Assembly: GCA_051530055.1 (NCBI GenBank)
Contig: CM121342.1
Span: forward strand, 10,865,480 to 10,929,479
Direction: 5' to 3'
DNA: 64,000 nucleotides
From: Neoechinorhynchus agilis
Taxonomy: Eukaryota > Animalia > Acanthocephala
Shown here: positions 12,850-24,697 of the stretch, piece by piece
How the letters are laid out: each line of letters opens with the position of its first letter
Numbering within the stretch: the stretch's first letter is position 1
The notes under the pieces: model-generated
The model's database searches: none
The model's input: only the letters and a program-made list of their open reading frames with translations
What the model was told of the DNA's origin: nothing
Position numbers and translations under genes: made by a program

Positions 12850-14900
12850 AGCTAACCAAATATTGACACCTTGAAATACAATTTAAGCAGATGGCTAGAT
12901 AACGAGAGTGCCTGAATGCTCAAACTTGTGACACTGGTTAACGCGTACGCATGAAACGAAGGCCTGTTAAGGGCGCCGACTGTCATGATTTCAAAGTTGA
13001 ATTTTGACAAGATAAATAGAACCATTTGACCTTTGTTCACTTTATTTAAAAGCTGGATGATTATCCCAGCGAGTACTACATTTAGGATTTGGTTTTTTGA
13101 TCACAACAAAAATTTCATGTTTCCCTTGGCAAAAAATAATCGTCTTGCATGCAAAGTAAAAAAACCAAATAATGTGAACATCTCTGTCCTGTGTTTAAAA
13201 TGTGATCAAATATCGATTCTTAATTCATTGAGAAATGGTTCCATGTGATTGGCCAGTCAAGGATTCAGCTACATCAACTGTGGCCTAAAAGAGGATCGCA
13301 ATTCGCTTCGAAAAGTTTGTTGGAACTCGCATCGTCTAAATATTATACTGGCTATTTATCAAGCGTCAAAAACTTAATAAAAAAATTAATAAAAAGTTCA
13401 GTATGAAACTCATCGACAGGTTTATGATAGATTTTAACATCTGATTTGATTGCGGCACTTCACTCAGTTCACCAATCGATGAGGTTAAGATTAGACATAA
13501 TCGCGGATTTCAGTGTTGAGATAATGCAAGTCCGTCTAGTGAAATCTCTTAATTCAGTTGTAAGATGTTTATTTTTCATCATAGATCGTTGTTAGATAGT
13601 TTGGCCGTAAATTTAGACGCTATGCAGATTGGCTTTCCGTCCTAGTCTGCTATCAAGTATCGTCATGTTGGTAATGCTAACAGCGTTTACGACTATGCCA
13701 CCGTCTCTAGGATTGGTTTGCTCTTGCATATTATCACTCGAGTAAGGATCAAAATGTCCGAGATTATAATTATCGTACAGTCAAGTGCAGATAGGCTACA
13801 TGCTTGTAGCTGTCTTGTTTGCTAGCGTCGGTCGCTTCCAGTGTTTCTCCATCTCCTGTTAGGTAGGTTCTACCACCGCACATTCAACCGAATCAGGAAT
13901 CCACCGGATTAGAGCCGTTTTAACTCGATCTAAGAGAAGAGATGATACCATGGAAATCCGAAGTTCATCAGTGTTCAGGGGTCCAAATTGAATTAACGGG
14001 ACCTCAAGCTCACCCAGAAGAGACTGAGGGTGATCTGCCCCTGGGGCGAAATCTACTGATAGCAATTACCCCATCATGCCATAGTAAAGGATAACATTGT
14101 TAGAACCGTTTCTTTTAAGGTCAGGAGCCTTGCCATTAGAATTGAATGAATAAAGAGATCTAATAGAAATATGAGACAATTTGTCATCCGCAGGGAATGA
14201 AACCTTCGGGCTGCTGAGAGACACAGTTTTCAATGTTTCTTGTTGCATAACCACTAATGAATGAGTGCATGTCATCTGAGGCGTACAGTGGTCTGTTCAG
14301 CCGCTGCTGAAGTCCTAGATCGTTTATTGTTTCCTCTCCTGTCCCAATCGGCTGATTTGAGCCCACGTACTGTTATGGCGATTAACCTCCTCAATCTGAA
14401 GCCAGTCGAGCGCATTTTGTCGAACTCCACCTTCAAACCTGCCCACTAATCCAAGGGGCACAGATGCAACTGAGAACTCGTTAGAAAATAATACATTCCC
14501 TAATTCATAGCTGCATGCGCAGAGCAAAGCGAGGTTTGTAACCGCTGTAATGCTCTGCAGCACTTGTTTTATCGATAATAGTTCTAGAACTAAAGGGGTT
14601 TTGTTAAATCGTTTGAACCAATATTATCAGAGCATTTAATCATTGAAAATCTAATTGTGCAATTCTCCGCAAACACAATTATTTTTCCAATATAAACACA
14701 GAGTTAATTGCAAATCATTGGGGACGATAATTGTTTAATAATTTGAGCTATAGTCATGGAGTTTAAAATGATGGAAACGTCTCACATGAGCAAAGGACCA
14801 CTACAAATTTCAAGAGGCGCCCAACTCATCACAATTTATATCTTATTTTATCCACCGTTTCTTCATCATAGGCATTCCCCCTTCCTCTATGTTAAATCTA
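12850..14900 (-). pseudogene. Decayed reading frame, possibly an endogenized viral envelope glycoprotein
   Basis: Chain of 60-80 aa ORF fragments on one strand with spaced Cys, N-glycosylation sequons (NCT, NST, NMT) and hydrophobic stretches at the C-terminal end; many stops and frameshifts; no recognizable TE motif. Confidence 0.3.
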
Positions 14901-15059
14901 TCTGCTTCATCTCAGTCCAACAACGGAGTAAAAGACAATCTTAGCATTTCACATTTTTCATCAGTCTTCTTGTCAATCCTCACATATCTGTTTAGCCTAA
15001 TAAATTTATGATTTTATAGTTGGATTTTCGGCATAAGTTGGCTGAAAGAGGACAAAGAC

Positions 15060-18000
15060 GTCTCCGGTGGATTTGTTTGCAACCCTCCGCATACGTTTGA
15101 GCGTTGATGAACGCATGACTCGATTTTTTACCCTTTTAAACGCAATGGGTTTTTACGTTTCAATTTATGGCAGCCAACAGCGCACACTATGCAATCTTGT
15201 AACTCGTGCGAACAAAATGGTTTTGCAAAGGATTCAAGACCACCTGACCCACCCGTTGAGATGCTAAGGAACTTTCAAAATGGGTTGGTTAAACCCCTGC
15301 GTGTTAGTGATCTTTTGAGTGATTGTGCCCCGGTTTCTATTTCCGAAAATACATCTCGTTCCGCCGTTGTTAGCCCAAAAGGTATAGCCCACCCCTTTCG
15401 TTGAGAGAATTATATGCTTAAAATTGATAAGAAGACATGGGAATTCGCACCCCAACATCCCTATCAAAAACATTTTTCCCAAAATTTCTGAGCCCTTCTG
15501 GGCTCGGTAACAATATTATTTGCAACATTAAGAAATCATTCAACACCAAATTTGCGTTCATCTTCGTTTTCTTTCACATAAGAGGTAAAGAATTATTTGT
15601 GAAAATGTTGGACAATTTGAAAATCAAATTTATAGATAAATCAAGAACAGTAACGTTTCTAATGTTTAGCCTGGCGAAATAGAAAAGACCCACGGCTTTA
15701 AAGCAATCAAGTACCTGTCCAGATTTCCGAACTCGCAACCCTACTCTATTCTTTGCTCTGTGCCAATCAATATTGCTGAACGCATAAGTGAATCTGGTCT
15801 TGGACTATATTCATATTGGGTCACCTTTTCTCTAATAAGCCGGTCTATTTATGATTTTAATTTGACAATATGTCAAAAATGTGCTCGATGAGGTCACAAA
15901 GCGTCTTCCTGTAGTGATGAACCCCGATGTTTGATTTGTGCTGGCCCGCATTTGAAGTAGGATTGCATAAATGACGACGGCGTGAAATGTGCTTATTGCT
16001 CTAGGCCTCACCCCGCCTTTTCGAAATCTTGCAAAGCAGCTGGAAGTTATTTTGAGGAATCATCCGGCCCCAAGCCCGACTCCCATCCAAACTCTGGAGC
16101 ACCAGCGCATATCTTTGCCAATCACTATCATACAATAAATAGGGGCAACCCTCCTACCCCCTCACAACCACAATGCTATCACCCCAAGGTTTTGGGGCAG
16201 GTAGATCATCGAGAAAGTAATCCCCCACGTCTATCCAACCCTTAATGACGAATTTCCCCCCCTAGCGATGCAAACGTAGTGGAGGAAAATGAAATGCTGA
16301 AAAAAGTGATAAAATGGATAATCGAATACTCAGCTCATTTTGCAATCATCACGACACAGGCAACCCCGGTTTCCCCTACAGAATCTATTAGATATGATAA
16401 AGGCGTCCGCTTTCCTCGGTAAGCCGAAGAGAGCTTACACTCTCCTTCCGATAGAGATGTGTCTCCTAAGTGGAGTAGAAAGCTGGACCTGGATGAATAG
16501 AGGCCCCCGCTTCTCTTTTCTACAATAATAACAGAACCAATTAATATTATGTGCCTCCGAGAAGTTGGCCCATTGCCATATATCGTCTCTACACAATACA
16601 AAGGTTTTTATTAGCTCCATCGACTGCTCTAACCAATCAATACATTGGTTTTTCCTGGTGGTCTACAAACCTTTGTTAGGGCTGATCTTAAACCAACTTT
16701 GCTCTTATCTTTAAAAGATGAGCTGTTTAAAATTCAATTTCTCTCGATATCGAACCCCTATCGGCTCAGATATCCTCAACTCCACCCTACTCTTATCATT
16801 GCGAATATTTACATACAATCAGGCTGTGTAACGAAGTTTTTAAAAAAGTTTCGCAGTTTGTTATTATTTTGGAACTCGGATCTAATAATCGGTGATTTTA
16901 ACACGAACTACTTGTCTGCCATGCGACCTTATTTTAAAGATCACGAATTCATGCTACCTAATTTTCCCTCGTTCCATAACATGGCACGTAATCGACACTC
17001 ATTTATTGATGGAGCTTTTGTAAGCAAATCCTTCCATATCAACCTTTACCCCAGAATTCAAGTTCAATCTCAATTGCGAATGGGACACGATCTTATCATT
17101 TTTTTTCAGGGTGCGCACTGAAGGAAACTTTTTTATGTTAAATAAAATATGTTTAATTTGGAAATATTACAAAATCTCACGTCTATGGTGAGTATCAGTC
17201 TCTCGTACTTCAACAATAAAGTATTAAGTTCTGCAAAAAGAAATCTAGTCTTCTCCAATTTTATTCGAAGGCCTCCAGTTTCCAGAAAAGCGAATCTCAT
17301 ATACAAACAAGCGATGGTTGCTAACCTTCACAACGATGTTCATTTACACCAGCTTCTTATGAAAAAGTTTTTCACTACTAAATTTTACGAGAGTATTGAA
17401 CGGGACAGGATGTTTTTATTAAAACAGGCAATTTTAGGGAAAACATACTGGGCTACGATTTTGAACAGGCGCTTCGTTAGTTGGAAAGCTAAAGCAACCA
17501 ACTATATTGCCTCTAAGACATACCCGACTGTGGTCGAAGAAATTTTAACTGCACACACTTTTAGTGCCTGCGCCCACCCACCTATCACCATTCTTCGTAA
17601 AAAGAACTTTACTTGGCGCTTTACGCTAGAGTAATTTTTACATGCTTCAAAACCCCACCTTCCTACGCTTACAATGGCAGTTCTGTCTCCCTTAAAATCT
17701 TTTCTGGAGTCAGTACTGAAAATAAATCCGCATTTTTTAACAAATTTTTTAAATCAAAACTAAACTTAGCTGATTTGTTAAACATCAATTTTGTTAAGAA
17801 AGTTTTTATTCCTAAATCAAAGGTTTCTATCTCTCGCCCTAATCATATTAGAATAATTGCAATCCAAAATCCCATTATCTCCTGTCTGGAGGGAATCATT
17901 AACTCTAAATTCTTAAATTTTTTGTTGAAGCGGTGCATCATCCCTCAATATTTCCACGGGTTTGTTCGTCGATGGGGAGTTCATTCCCTATTAACGGATC

Positions 18001-18780
18001 TCTACCTCTTAAATACGGCAACAAATACAAAAAAAGTTCTGATTCAGCTGGACTTAAATAAAGCATTTGATGCCCTGTACAGGACCCTTTTATATGAAGC
18101 CTTTACATTCTACAAGATCCCCCTTAATATTATTTACAAAATTCAACATTTAATCGAATCCAAATCCTTCTATTATGAAGCTGATCCATGTAACACGAAA
18201 TTCTCTTCTCGCTATGGTGTTCCTCGAGGTTCTCCATTGTCGCCCATTCTCTCCCTGATTGCTATGTTATTTATTTTTAAAGACATCAAGGGCTACCATT
18301 TTATTCATCCAGTTATTTACGCGGACGACATTTTTCTCTTTTGTAAAGCTCGCTTCAGTGGTTTCATTGTTTCTAAACTCTCTTCTTACATCGAGAACCT
18401 TGCATCTGCTCTCTGTAAAGGAAATCTTATTTTGAATCTTAACAAATCTTTTATAATTCTGCTCACTAAATCTTACGGCCCAGGGAAATCTCTTGCCCTT
18501 CTATTTAGCTCATCCCCATTTTATCAAACTTTTGCCATCAAAAACCACCCTCGTATGCTGGGAATAGACTTCCCTTCTACACAAAACCGAATTTTTATTA
18601 ATAAGTCTCCGAAGAGCGCTCAAGGCATCTCCTGGTTCCTTTCCCAACCCTTGGCATCGTTGATTTTATAGGGAGCAGCTTCCTTAATCCCAGCTCCTTT
18701 CCCTCGGCAACCCTATCTGTAATTCAGGTTAGCTGCTCTCTCCAAATAAGCCTTCAGGGCCTTGTAAAATTCTCAATCCT
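15060..18780 (+). mobile_element. APE-type non-LTR retrotransposon, decayed (LINE copy 2, related to copy 1)
   Basis: Knuckles CQKCARxGHKASSC, CLICAGPH, CAYCSRPHPAFSKSC; APE IIANIY, IIGDFN, PSFHNMARNRHSFID; RT IRIIAIQN, DLNKAFD, GVPRGSPLSP, YADD. Confidence 0.9.
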
Positions 18781-18784
18781 TGTA

Positions 18785-19092
18785 TTGAGAACTCGGAATC
18801 TGGATGCTAGATCACAATATGAAGACAGAAACAACGAGCCAAGTGAGAAGACCGAGGAAACGCCTAACGCTACCGAGACACCAGGCCTCTCCATAGGTTC
18901 TTTTTCAATCACGAAATGGGGGGTTTTGCGCATTCATGGGCCCGTCAAATCACGTTGTTGGGATCTGGTCAAATCCCGCGATCGCTTCAACCGGCAACAT
19001 AAAAAAAATCCGTCGACGCTCCCCGATGACGCCGGCAGTCTTCCTTCCGCTGCTGATCTCGTACGTGTTCTTTCCATGAACATTCTGAAACG
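18785..19092 (+). mobile_element. 5' fragment of a CRE-like element (zinc-finger region)
   Basis: SFSITKWGVLRIHGPVKSRC...ADLVRVLSMNILKR parallels RSFKLTNLDVLSVHCPRDLRC...PDIVRFLPRNVLKP at 39300-39520. Confidence 0.65.
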
Positions 19093-20005
19093 CCTGCTCT
19101 CTGTAAACTCTATGTCCACATTTTGGATTCTGCATTGTTTCAACCCAGTGTCTTCTTCTGGGAATCCTTGCATCAATATCGTGATATGTATGCATAGATA
19201 ATTCGCCACTTAAAGAAAAATTGTTCGACCATGGGGTTCTGTTCGGGATTGATTGCGCGTTCGTTAATGAATAATCAGTTATCAAATCGAGCGAACCACT
19301 TTGTATGTTTTCAATCGGATTGAGACGTGTTGTTGGAAGTTCGCTTTGTCCTGGTAAAGCACAGAATTGCGGCATGCGCCTTAAATGATAATTTGAACTA
19401 TATTCATATGATTGTTCTTGAGTTAAATTTATTGGATGTATGTTTTGAAGATAAGGCAATTGAGGTGTTGATTGTTGAGAAATTAAATAATGATGTTGTC
19501 TCAAATGTGGATTAAGGCTAAATCCACTAGGTCGATTAACTGGCCGTTGAGATCGGAGTAGAGAATGACGACATAGATTTTGATCAAGCGCATGTGGATA
19601 TCAAGACGAATCCAAGAATGGATGAGTTATATGATGTAAATTTTGTTGTGACTGTGATAGTCTATAATGAGGCCAGTTTGAGCCATTTGAACGTTGATAA
19701 GTATTGTACTGATGGAATAAATCAGTTTGTGAATGTCGAAACTGCGATGAGTGTTCGCCCGTTTGTATAATCTCTTTTTGACTCCGATCTAAACCACGTG
19801 GATCGACCGGATTGGACACAATGGGAAAATCATATAGAAGTCGCTGATTAAGATTCACTTGTGTCATTTCGTTGTTGTATGTTGTCCGAGATTTGTGCGC
19901 TATATGTTGGTCGTGTATTTCGGTCGCTCATTCCAATCACCATAGTGCAATTTCTGGGTTTTTTAGCAGTAGAAAGTTGGAATAAAAGGAGATTGTATTA
20001 TGCGA
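19093..20005 (-). repeat. 913-bp duplicate of 25103-26015 (5' part of the TBP-fold gene, without the TBP domain)
   Basis: Identical ORF translations offset by 6010 bp; sharp junctions at cctgctctctg and gtattatgcga. Confidence 0.95.
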
Positions 20006-20519
20006 TCTCCTGTGAATTTGTTTGCCACCTTCCGGCAACGAATGAACGTTAGTGAGCGTGGCACTTGATTGCACTGATCGGTCAATCTTATTGAAAAACC
20101 ATTTTTATATGCTGCCAGCTGTAAAAGTCGATTTCCCTATTTTCAATAATGAATATTTTCTTAATTTAGCACCTCAGAAAACGACTAAAATCGCAGTTAA
20201 TTTAAAAAGACGTCTAGCAAACGGACTAAGTGGCCACTTTCCTCATTTAATTTTTCTTTTAAAAATGGCGACAAATATTTAAACCCGCGCCAAATAAATA
20301 AATGGGTCAGAATTCTGTCGTTTTTATACCCCCTCCCTAGTCGCCGATCGTATTGTATCGCTGCAATCTTGTTCCTCGCATCGCTCTGTTTTGTTCTTCG
20401 CTGAATCGAGCGACTTCTCATCAGTTAGCTTGTCCCTGACTAACGGATTCACAAGATGATGGTCATTCAGCAAGGTTAAAATATTGAAGTAAATTTCAAA
20501 TGTGCTATCTGAAATCTTG

Positions 20520-20910
20520 TTTTTGTATGCATCTGATTTAGATGGGTCCTCTGAATATCTCTTTGTATTTGCATGCTTTATGCTGGCATCAAATCATCGT
20601 AGCCGTGCTTGCTGCATTTTACTGGTGATGGGTGCTACTCCATATCGATTCCGAATTTCTTCATTTCGGACGTGATCCTTGAGGGTGAAACCACCGTTTC
20701 CACGGCGGCTAGTCGACATTCAGTGTGCTTCGTTTTCGGCCAACACTCTGCACCGTATAGGGTTACGGGTTCGATCACTGCTCGGTGAAGCTTGGTATTC
20801 GACGATCACAATTGACGCATGTCGAGTTATCCAATTGGCCCAAGCGGATGATATTCTCGCAGACAGTGACCAGATCGTTTTTCATCGTTTGCCAAGAGTA
20901 TTCTGTTTTG
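20520..20910 (-). mobile_element. RTE-clade LINE 3' fragment
   Basis: Minus-strand frames give CDRRIP, VIEPVTLYGAECWP and TLKDHVRNEEIRNRYGVAPITSKMQQARLR. Confidence 0.8.
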
Positions 20911-20929
20911 CCTTTGATTGCACCTAGTC

Positions 20930-21030
20930 CGGTTGCACCAGATCTTTTTATTGCACTGTATTTTCCGGTTTCACCAGATCTTCTGATTGCATCATATTTT
21001 TCGGTTTAACCAAGTTCTTCTGATTCCAAA
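20930..21030. repeat. About 36-bp tandem repeat, about 3 copies
   Basis: caccagatct...attgca...atttt.cggttt recurs. Confidence 0.7.
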
Positions 21031-21234
21031 GAATGACCCACATTAATTGTTATTTCCTTTGGTATTTTTGAAACCCGTTTTCTATCGCTGCAATCTTGTT
21101 CCTCGCATGCATCGCTCTGTTTTTTTCTTCGATGAATTGAGCGGCTTTGGAGCGAATGGTTGTTTTCTTACCTTCGTGCCGGGGACGGATAGAGCGCATC
21201 AATTGACGTGGGTAATATTTTAAATTATTGGAAA

Positions 21235-21935
21235 CGTCCTCTGATTCCAAATATGGTCTTTTCGCCGTAGCTATCACGGATCATGAGTTCTATGAACTTC
21301 GCAAATATAAACCGTAGGACCTCCAACCAGTGCTTCACGGTTCATGAGTTGTATGAACGTCGCTTAAACTCGATCGTTGGACCCATTTCGATCCGCTGGT
21401 TCCAAATATGTTCTTCTTTTCGCCATTGCTATCAAGGTTCGTGAATCCTATCAACTTCTCTAAAACTTTACTGGTGGACCTCTAACTAGTGTCTGTCTAG
21501 TCTATTTCGATCCGCTGATTCAAAATATGGTTTTTTTTCGCCGTAGCTATCGCGTTTCATGAGGTATATGAACCTAGCTTAAACTTGACCGTTGGACCTC
21601 TAAGTAGTGTCCGTCTAGTCTATTTCTATCCGCCGATTCAAAATATGTTCTATTTTCGCCGTAGCTATCACGGCTCTTGAATCCTATCAACTTCTCTAAA
21701 ACTTTACCGTCCGATTTCTTAGTGTCCGTCTAGTATATTTCGACCCGCTGATTCCAAATATGTTCTTATTTTCGGCGTAGCTTTGACGGTTCGTGAATCT
21801 TATCAACTTCTTTTAAACTTGACCGTTGGACATCTAAGTGGTGTCCCCATAGTCCATTTCGACCCGCTGGTTCCAAATATGTTCTTATTTTCGCCGTAGC
21901 TATTTCGGTTCGTGAATCCTATCAACTTCTCTAGT
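21235..21935. repeat. Diverged tandem array, unit about 115-119 bp, about 6 copies
   Basis: Anchor (c/a)caaatatg at 21247, 21402, 21521, 21639, 21754, 21873; shared ttttcgccgtagctat and cctatcaacttc. Confidence 0.9.
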
Positions 21936-22149
21936 AATGGCGCTGTAACGTTTCGGCGTACGTTAGCAAAAAAAGACATTGACTCTTTGTCAGCCAATTC
22001 AAATCATGCGGTGAATTGTGGATATCAAATTGATTTTGATGGCGCTAACGTGATATTAGCGTAGAGCCATATTTACGGAATCGGTTTATAATAAAAGCCA
22101 TCGAAATAGGCTGCTCTGTCCAACCGATGGAAGGTTGGAGAATCTTAAT

Positions 22150-23885
22150 AGAAAACTTAGGAGCTTTTATTGTCACTTAACTAAATCCTGTGCTCCGAGA
22201 ACTTCCATAACTAACTTAATCAATTTTTCTCCAATGCGTGGCAAGGAATGGTAGCTCAACGGGCAGCTTAGGAAGATATTTCAGACTGACGTCTTCAGTT
22301 CGTTTGCACTCACAGACGTCCAGCTTAATCTGTGCATCCTAGACCGAAACAGAGATCTATCTCTACCTCGGCTACTTTATGGTATCAGTGGATGATCGAA
22401 CTGGTCATCGCATCCAGGTTCATTTACAGCTTTGTCCATTCGAATTTGACGTTAATCACTTAACTTGACCATGTTAGTGACAGTTTTCAGATTGTAAATA
22501 GTAGATTAGTATCCAAATTGCAACTATTGTTCACAAGAGCTAAGCGGATATCCCTTCCACTTTGTTTAACAGGTACATTAGGGCATAACATAGTTTGCCG
22601 CCTGAAGAAGATTCTTTTGCTTGCCCACCTACTTCTGTTCTTACCTGAATAATCACTGTCTTCCAATTCGCCTAACATCCAAACACAACTATCTCAATTT
22701 TTTCAATAGGGAAGTCATTTGGAAGTTCTACTGCATCCTGCGGGCATGGCAAAATTCCTTTTAAGTCTAAGTCTAAGGTTCTAGATTGTACTTTATATCC
22801 ATGATGGATGCTAGTTTTTTCTTATTCTACGCATATGAGACACAAGAGAGTAATTTTTGAAGAAAAGAAAATTTCAGTTAAACGAAGAGTTTCGCGAAAC
22901 TAATTTAGTGGCTGCAGAAAATCAGAAAATCAAGTTATTAACTTTTAATGATTATGTTTATGAACTATCTTATTATCTTGCGGAGTGCAACATCATTTAT
23001 CAACAAAAGATCTTCGGTTATTTTCTCCCATACTTTATATATATGAGCGAATTCATCGATTGCGGAACCTAAATAAGGCTTTTGAATGATCGTCAATAAA
23101 ACACAAACTGAACAATGTTCATAAAGAAGCAAGGTTTCTAGTAGCCCTATCGGATGAGGTACTGTCACGTCTACACTATCTCCCTATTAAAAATACCTTT
23201 GATAAGTTCCAACTCTTTCCGTAATTTCTTGAATAGGTACTTTGTTAACTTATATCCCATACTCTCTTGATTGTTCGTGAATTATCCAATAAACCGGTGA
23301 TTTGTTGAGTCAATCTATGGACACCGGCATGAGGGAAATTGCTAATAAATCTTGGGAAGCAAGGTCTAACATTTCGTGCAACTAAGGTATTGATTGAATT
23401 GTAAAGATCGATTAATGATCACTGTTCCGTATAGACGACGTATTTTCTTTTAATGCTAGTAAAATGTGTTCATTAATGATGTTTCTAACTTTGGCCGGTA
23501 TCCTAAGGTTGAGAGCAGTTTGAGATTTGATTAGTCCAATCTTCCAATGTTGGTTTCGTGATATCAATATTACATATTGCGATACAGAATTCCTACGTTG
23601 TTTTATCGATTAATTTTATTTTTAAGTAGTTCGGCATTGTGGTCATAATTGGTGAAATCAATGGAATCGCAATTGTTAAAATCAAATTCCAACTGATTTA
23701 TCTTTAAAAACCATGACAATTTTTAGAGACAGTTATGTTCTGTGATAAAGAGATTGAGGCAGTGAGCGAAAACCCCTCGTATATAGTGACCAAGGGGTTT
23801 TGTAGGGAGATCGAACGAAGTTCACACGGCGCCTAAATAAATCTTTTATTTCTTAACAAGAAGAGTACGCCGAGAGATATTAATT
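22150..23885 (-). mobile_element. Heavily decayed non-LTR retrotransposon 3' half (RT, possible C-terminal CCHC)
   Basis: INISRRTLLVKK...ELRSISLQNPLVTIYE parallels INVARRIFLIK...DLRPISLQNPFVTIYE of copy 1; CECKRTED../.IFLSCP near 22250-22310. Confidence 0.7.
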
Positions 23886-24697
23886 CGTGTAGATATTCAT
23901 TTATAAATTAATTTGGATGGTGAAATAAAGGAAATTAAGAATTTATTTATCAGAATTTTCGACCAATGCGTTGGTCTTCTTCAGTGATCTGAAACACACA
24001 TGCACATTAGTCCGGATTGAGTTTCCACCCTTTCACCACAGCGTTAAAGGGTACACGTAAACTAAGTGTGTAGTCCGCTTTGTGATGCGTGAACGTGTTG
24101 CCGTGTTCAATCATGATGGCCTCCATTGTGATTCGGTCACGTTTGTTGTCACATATCGCCATTATTTCAGTGGCATCAAGATCAATTCGATGTTTGTTTT
24201 CTTTAACATGATGAACTAATGCTGAGTTGAGATCGGTCAACTTGCTGATGGCCGGTCTGTGTTCGGTCAACCTTCTTCGGATGTTATTGGTTTGTCCAAT
24301 ATATGATTGGTTGCAATCGTTAAAGGGTATCCTGTGCACACACCCGGAGACCTCGTCAACCCTTCTGGGTCGGAACATGCCATCTAAGGTTCTCCCTTTT
24401 TTGTTAAATGCCGTTTTTTCTGTGAGTCCTGCTGCTTTATGAGATTTTGCATATTCGTGTTCCACTGATCGTCTACATAAGGGATCTCAATGAATCTTTT
24501 TTGGACTTCCTCGATATTCCGATTGTTCAATACCATCCAAATTAATTTATAAATGAATTTCTACACAATAACCCAGCAAATTTATGGTGAGTCTGCTTTA
24601 CAACATGCACGTCTACTGGAAAAACCATCTCTGAGATCGATACACAATAAAGCAACATCAGAATTTCTCCGAACCTGTAGACTTTATGTGTTTCACC
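23886..24697 (-). mobile_element. Penelope-like element: GIY-YIG 3' part, pseudo-LTR, and an inverted 5' pseudo-LTR/ORF start
   Basis: IEIPYV and GCVHRIPFNDCNQSYIGQT..RRRLTEH on the minus strand; plus strand 24550-24695 gives MNFYTITQQIYGESALQHARLLEK...EFLRTC; ccatccaaattaatttataaatgaat is present in both orientations. Confidence 0.88.
23949..23988 (-). ncRNA. Minimal type I hammerhead ribozyme (Penelope pseudo-LTR)
   Basis: ATCA-CTGAAGA-A-GACCAA cgca TTGGTC-GAAA-ATTC-TGAT; palindromic stem III AAUU; UUC cleavage triplet. Confidence 0.8.

Noticed and set aside
22275-22300. CTGAAGA...GAAA hammerhead-like string on the minus strand
   Set aside because: No stem II after the core; lies within a LINE remnant.
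21940-23885. Second TBP repeat on the far side of the Penelope insertion
   Set aside because: Minus-strand frames I translated gave LINE sequence and no TBP-like motif.
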